64,000 nucleotides of DNA from Amoebidium appalachense (Eukaryota > Protista > Ichthyosporea), in assembly GCA_963693365.1 (NCBI GenBank), contig CAVNZM010000002.1, positions 3,860,259 to 3,924,258 on the forward strand, in the 5' to 3' direction. Below the pieces are notes generated by a model. It saw nothing but the letters and a program-made list of their open reading frames with translations. It had not been told where the DNA came from and did no database searches. Of this stretch, positions 44,096 to 64,000 are shown piece by piece; position 1 is the first letter of the stretch; every line of letters starts with the position of its first letter. Both the position numbers and the translations under genes were made by a program.

Positions 44096-45904
44096 ACCCC
44101 ACCCACCCACCACCCACGCACCCACCCAACCTGACAAACCCCCCTTGCCCCTCCCTCCTCCCCCTCCCCTTCTTTCTGCTGCCTATCCTCGGTCTCCTGC
44201 TATTCCCCCAAATAAAAATTATTCCTTTCCCAGAAAAATGTTGGCCACACTTAAGCCGTCAGAATTTAAGTTCGGCAAAACAGTCAAGCCACTGCCTTCT
44301 ACGGCACTGTGCACCCAAATGGGAGAGCAATATTATCACACATCGGGATTGGGAAAGGCTATGCCATGTACCATTGCAACAACAGACAGAGGCAATTAGG
44401 ATTGATGTTCGTCGGTCGCCTGGGTCACACCAGAAGTCATCTCGAACGTTCACATTTGAACCCAGTTGAGCCCCCTTTCCCTTCCCCCCCCCTCCCCCCC
44501 CCCCCCCCCCCCCCCGCTTCCCCATCGGCCCTCTCCTCCAAAATTTGCACTTCCCTCCCCCCCCCCCCCCCCCCCCCTGTACCTCCCCGATCAGCCAATC
44601 AGATTCAACCAAGTTAAGCAAAATGGATAAGGAATCGGATCACGGCCCTCTGAGCACACGGCCTTGGCGAAGGCTATTAGTGATACGTCATCAAATTCAG
44701 ATTCGGATGGTCCGAATCATGCATATCATAGAGTTTCCTTCGAAACATAGAAAGAAACAAGGCAAAACTTGTAGAGCACACTAACCGAAAAACAGGAAAT
44801 AACAAAGAAGTCCGTGCAGTTAAACATGCATACTTATTGTATACATACTGTCCTACATATTTAGTTACAGAATCTATAACTGGCCGCGAAGGGTGCATGG
44901 CGATGGCAGCTCCTCCTCCTCATCCACATCTTAGCCTAGATCTGCCTCGATATATATAGCAGCCAGGCTGAGCATCCTGGGCTGGCCTGTTGGGCAGTAT
45001 CAGCACTGTGCGAGTGGGTCAAAGCTGCTCGTGTCGGTTGGCGAGGTCTGAGTCACACTATTTGCTGAAGGCTTGGGTGGCATCCTCTTCATTCTCTTTA
45101 CTAATGGGCGCGCTTTCGTGAGCGCTTTTTGAAGCTTCTCATAGCTGGCGGTTTGCCCTTCAAAAGTTTCGACTGCTTTTACTTCTTGTCTTCTGTCCCC
45201 AACGCTATAACTTACTAAGTGGCGTGTTGATATAGTGCGCAGTATGAGTGATTAAGTAAAAGCATCTGTCTTGAATTCACACGTAGTGCACTCGGGAGGT
45301 AGCGTGTGCACGGCAGGAACTCAGTCTAGTAGACGGGTGCAGAGAGTGTTGTTACAAACCTGTGGTTATCACACCTAATAAACGACTGAAAGACCTTCTT
45401 ATTTTCGTTGTCCAGCAGTGCACGAGTTGTCCGAGTAACAGAGCACCACGATCTCATAGGAATAATCGACGTCAGAGGGCACTTTGAGATTCACCCGTAC
45501 GCGTGACTGTTCCATCTGCTACCTCTCTTCCTTTCTCGCAACCTTACTCTCTTTTCTCTAACTTACTCCCACGAATCTCAGTCACACATACACAAACTCT
45601 CGCTCTCCCTCTTCCCTCTCCCTCGAGCTCCCTCCGTCCGTCCCTCTCTCTCTCTCTCCACCCCCCCCCCCCCCCCTCTCCCCCTCTCCCTCTACTATAT
45701 GATATATCCCCCCTCCTATGCCTCCGAGAAAGTTTTCAAGTTCCGTTTTTTCCACAGGCCCTGTGTCTGTTGAGACGCAGATGCAAAGATCTAACATTCA
45801 ATGGTTGTCCCTCCCCCCTCCCCCTCCGCCTCTCTCCATCCGAACCCTCTATCTCCCTCCCTCGGCCTGTACACCCTCGCTCGATCCTGTCCTTACTCCT
45901 CCCG

Positions 45905-45966
<62 letters not shown>

Positions 45967-46069
45967 GTATCTCTCTCTACCTATCCCCCCCCCCCTCTCG
46001 CTCTGTTCCCTTCCTCCCACCCTTCTTCCATCCTCCCCCCCCCACACCTCCCTCCCTCCCGAGACCTCG

Positions 46070-46113
<44 letters not shown>

Positions 46114-46240
46114 CCCCCTCCCCCCCCCCCCCCCTCTCCCTCCCTGCCATTCCTCTTAATTTTCCCTTTCCCCACAGGCCTGTGTCTCAGGACGCAAGAA
46201 ACTGTACCCCAAACAAAGAAATTCATATTCAAAAGTTTTC

Positions 46241-46273
<33 letters not shown>

Positions 46274-47804
46274 TCCCCCCCCCCCCCCCCCCCCCCCCTT
46301 CTCCCCTCCCCTCTCCCTCCCTCCCTCCCTCCCTCCGAAGTTCCCTCACTCTCTCCCTCTTCCCCTCCCGCTGAATCTCTCTCGCTCTCTAACTCTCTCT
46401 CTCCTCTCTCTCTAACCTCCCTCTGCCCCCCCCCCCCCCCCCCTCTCTGTTTGGCACAGATGGCCGGTGTATACACTTCCTTGCTCAAGTGTTGATGTTG
46501 TCCAGGATTTGAGATTATATATATCACTGGACCACACCGAGGAGGGGCAAGTTCCACCCTTGTTTCGCTGACGCCGACGGGAGCCCCTCATTCGGCTACA
46601 GTTATCTTACATAACGTAGTCCAGGGTTCACACTGTTCTGCATTAGCAATCTTTTGAACTTGTTTGCCTTCCTCACAGTATATGGTAATAGTGTCAGTTG
46701 TCCTTCACACATCACGCGCCGGATGGGTCCAACTCGTCATGATGTTCGCTAATACGTTCACAGCCAAGCTAGCTCCCTAGATCCTCGTATTCAGCATGCC
46801 TCAGAGCTTTCGCGGCTGGGTCTGCATTCTATAATAATATTGTGTTCGTACGCATGCTATTGTTTTGCTTTTTGGGTAGCATCGTGTACTTTTTGGGTAA
46901 CATCGTGTACATGTGCAGGCACGACGCGACAAGTGTGTAATATAAAAGTGCCCCGCCCTACCATCCGAATCTGAAAGGTGGCTCACGACTGACGTTTTGT
47001 GCCAAGGCCGTGTGTTCAGAGGGCCGTGAATCGGATCTGTCTGTGTGACCTGACGTTTTTGTGTCCCTTCACTTCAGTTTGGGGAGTGCATCGTTTTATT
47101 TAGGCTGCCCGTTCATATAATTCCAGCGTACATGTTATATGCCGAATAGGTTAATAGGTTTTTAGGTTGCTGTGTGTTGTTCTGTCGGATACGCCTCGTG
47201 TTTCTTTGTGCCAGCTTTAAAACACATGCCGGAGAGTTAGTCGAAGGACTATAAGAGATCCTGGTGAGGGTTTAACCTTTTGAAAAAAGGGGGTTAAACT
47301 TTCCTGAGGCAGCTTAAATCTCTTTTTCCCCCCGGATGACCCAGGGCGAAGTGAGAAAGATTTGACGGCGGCGGTGCTGTGTGAATCCGGTGGGTGGCCG
47401 AGCAAGCACACGGAAAGAAATGCAGATGCGACACACGCACACCCCCGCACGCGCGCATACACGCGCACACACACACAAACGCACACGCACACGCACACAT
47501 ACACGCACACGCTAAACAAACGCACACGCACACGCACGCGCACATGCACACGCGCACGCACATGCACACGCACACACACACAGTCACCCCCCCCCCCCCC
47601 AACACACACACACAACCTCAACCCCTCCTCACACAGACACACACGCAAATACAGGCACACACAAACACACAGGCACACACGCACGCACACATGACACGCA
47701 AACAACACATATTCACGCACACACACACAAAAAAAAACACAGACGTACACACACACACACACACACGCAAATGCGCGGCCGCACATACACGCACGCACAC
47801 GCAC

Positions 47805-47943
<139 letters not shown>

Positions 47944-48060
47944 AGAAAAGAAGAGGGATTATTCTCGAATTCAAAGCAAATGATCTGTACTCTTTGACTA
48001 ACACACTTTTGGGCTTGCAGGGATGTACTTGTTAGCAGGGTTGCCGGCTGCGAGGTTTCA

Positions 48061-54735
<6,675 letters not shown>

Positions 54736-55356
54736 GGAAGGTTGCTCGAATGTGCGAGCTTTTAGCCTTTAAAGAAAGGGATTGTGTGTAACGGGTCGGG
54801 TCGGCTCGAGTCTTCGAGTCGGGCCGGGCCGGGCCGGGTTGTGGCTGTGACTCGAATGATGTTGAATGTGTATCGGGCTCGATGACGATTAGCACGTTTA
54901 AGAATGGGCTGTTTTTGCATTGGGTTTTTAGTTTTACCTTTTACTTTTTATTTTTTATATCTAGCACTGAGTTGTTGCCGATGACGCATTAGTGCAGAAG
55001 CTGATTAGATTACGTTTGCTCATTGAAGGGGTGTTCGTGTTGTTAGTGTTAAAGGCGATGGGGTTTAGTAGGTGTGCAGGTGTGTTTGTAAACACAGCGC
55101 GGTGTCGTTGAGAGGAAAATGTCTGTGTGCATGAAGCTAGGGGTGTAGGCTGCATGTATGGACAGGCACACAAGCGTGTGCATGCACGTACGTGTGCTTG
55201 CAGCAGCAACTATGTAGTGTTGTCGCATACACTTGCTTACTAATGTGTGTACCATGCACACATATTTGCACGTGCACACACAGGTGCAAACACATGCACC
55301 ACGTGCAGACATGCGAGCATGCACATGCACGCATGCGCGCACACACACACGTGCGC

Positions 55357-55407
<51 letters not shown>

Positions 55408-55652
55408 CACAGAGAATTGTGTAGGGAGATCTAGAATGGGAAAATGGGTCCTTCTACTAGAAATCAGACGTGCCCTGATTTTATCACAGAGTGCTTTGTT
55501 TAGTCGCAAAGCTTCTTGTTTCTCGTATGTACATAATCACAAGGCACGTAAGTAAGGTGGGTCCCGGAGGCCACCGAATTCAGAATCTATTATGACAAAG
55601 ATTTGAAGGAATAAACCAAGGCCGTTTATGCAAGCACAAATGCCCTGTGTGT

Positions 55653-55701
<49 letters not shown>

Positions 55702-56240
55702 CGCGCGCGCACACGCGCGCACGCGTGTAGTGTACATGTGCCCTGTGTGTGTGTGTAAGTATTTGTTCAGAGCATACGTAAATCATTGTGTATGTTGTTG
55801 TTGTTTGTGGTGTATGTGTGTGCCCATGTGCAATATATGTGCCCGTGTGTATATACTGTCTACCATAGCGATCAATGTGTCTACGTGCCCCCCCCCCCCC
55901 CCTCCCCCCCCCCTCTCCTCCCACCCACCCGGCCCACCCCGGTCACCCACCCACCCACCCACCCAAATTTAAAAGTGGGGAGAGAAAAAAAAAGAAAGAA
56001 AGAAAAAGCATTATAAGCAATGCCCATTATGACAACGCAGTGTCGCTTGAAACATATAGTCAAATTGAACACATCAAACCCTGATCGCATTTTTGTAATT
56101 ACAATAACCCATAAGGTAAATTTTTGCAACAATCATCACAAGGCCCTAAATCCGCGCACGCTCATTGTCCTTTTCTTGTTCAGAACTGTAATTTGGTGTT
56201 TGGGGATTTTAAAGTTTAAATTTTTTTAAGGGGTATAAAA

Positions 56241-63584
<7,344 letters not shown>

Positions 63585-63854
63585 CTGTTGCGTGAGGGGG
63601 GGACCGGGGATGGAGGAGGGGAGAGGGGGGAGGGGGGGGGGGGAGGGGAGGAGGGGGGAGGGGAGAGGGGGGGGAAGGGGGAGGGGGGGGGGGGGGGGGC
63701 ATGTTGTGTGTGTGTGTGTGTGTGTGGCAAGGGAGGGAGCGGGAGGGAGGGACGGTAGGGGAAGGTGTATGTGTCGGGGGGGGGGGGGGGGGAGAAGGGG
63801 GGGGGGGGGGGGGGGTCAGTGTTGAATGGAAACCACGACCTCACCACCCCTCCC

Positions 63855-64000
63855 TCCCCCCTCCAACACTAACCCCCCCCCTCCAACACTGACCTCCCCC
63901 CCTCCAACACTGACCTCCCCCCTCCAACACTGACCTCTCCCCCCCTCCAACACTGACCTTCCCCCCATTTAACATTGACCTCCCCCCTCCAACACTGACT
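63855..64000. repeat. ~20-bp C-rich minisatellite CCCCCTCCAACACTGACCT, ~7 units, running off the window
   Basis: Direct inspection; lies in a gamma-tubulin intron. Confidence 0.85.

Noticed and set aside
44230-46810. Several short open frames (44.2-44.5 kb +; 45.0-45.5 and 46.5-46.8 kb -) suggestive of decayed genes
   Set aside because: No motif that I can identify with confidence; needs a translated search.

Overview
Eukaryotic genomic DNA with very many introns and microsatellites, including long (CA)n/(GT)n and poly-C/poly-G tracts. Nearly all ORFs in the supplied track are low-complexity artefacts. Four spliced genes were reconstructed by hand with consistent exon phases: a type II membrane CAP59/GT69-like glycosyltransferase (+, 5 exons), an S28 serine peptidase (+, 11 exons), a mitochondrial NAD+ carrier of the NDT1 type (+, 8 exons) and gamma-tubulin (-, 10 exons visible, 5' end outside the window). 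The window also holds two divergent intronless paralogs of an unknown family (one frameshifted), a decayed SGNH-hydrolase gene, two truncated copies of one LINE family, several TIR elements/MITEs and a probable P-element excision footprint. The most striking signal is an unnamed repeat of up to ~200 nt seen about 12 times, only inside introns of all four genes and always in the transcribed orientation. It ends in a branch-point motif (ATTCTAAC), and in about half of the host introns the first AG downstream is the real acceptor. It co-occurs with U-poor acceptors built from (AC)n, poly-C or poly-A, and donors fused to (GT)n. The lineage cannot be determined from sequence alone; an intron-rich unicellular opisthokont is a low-confidence guess.
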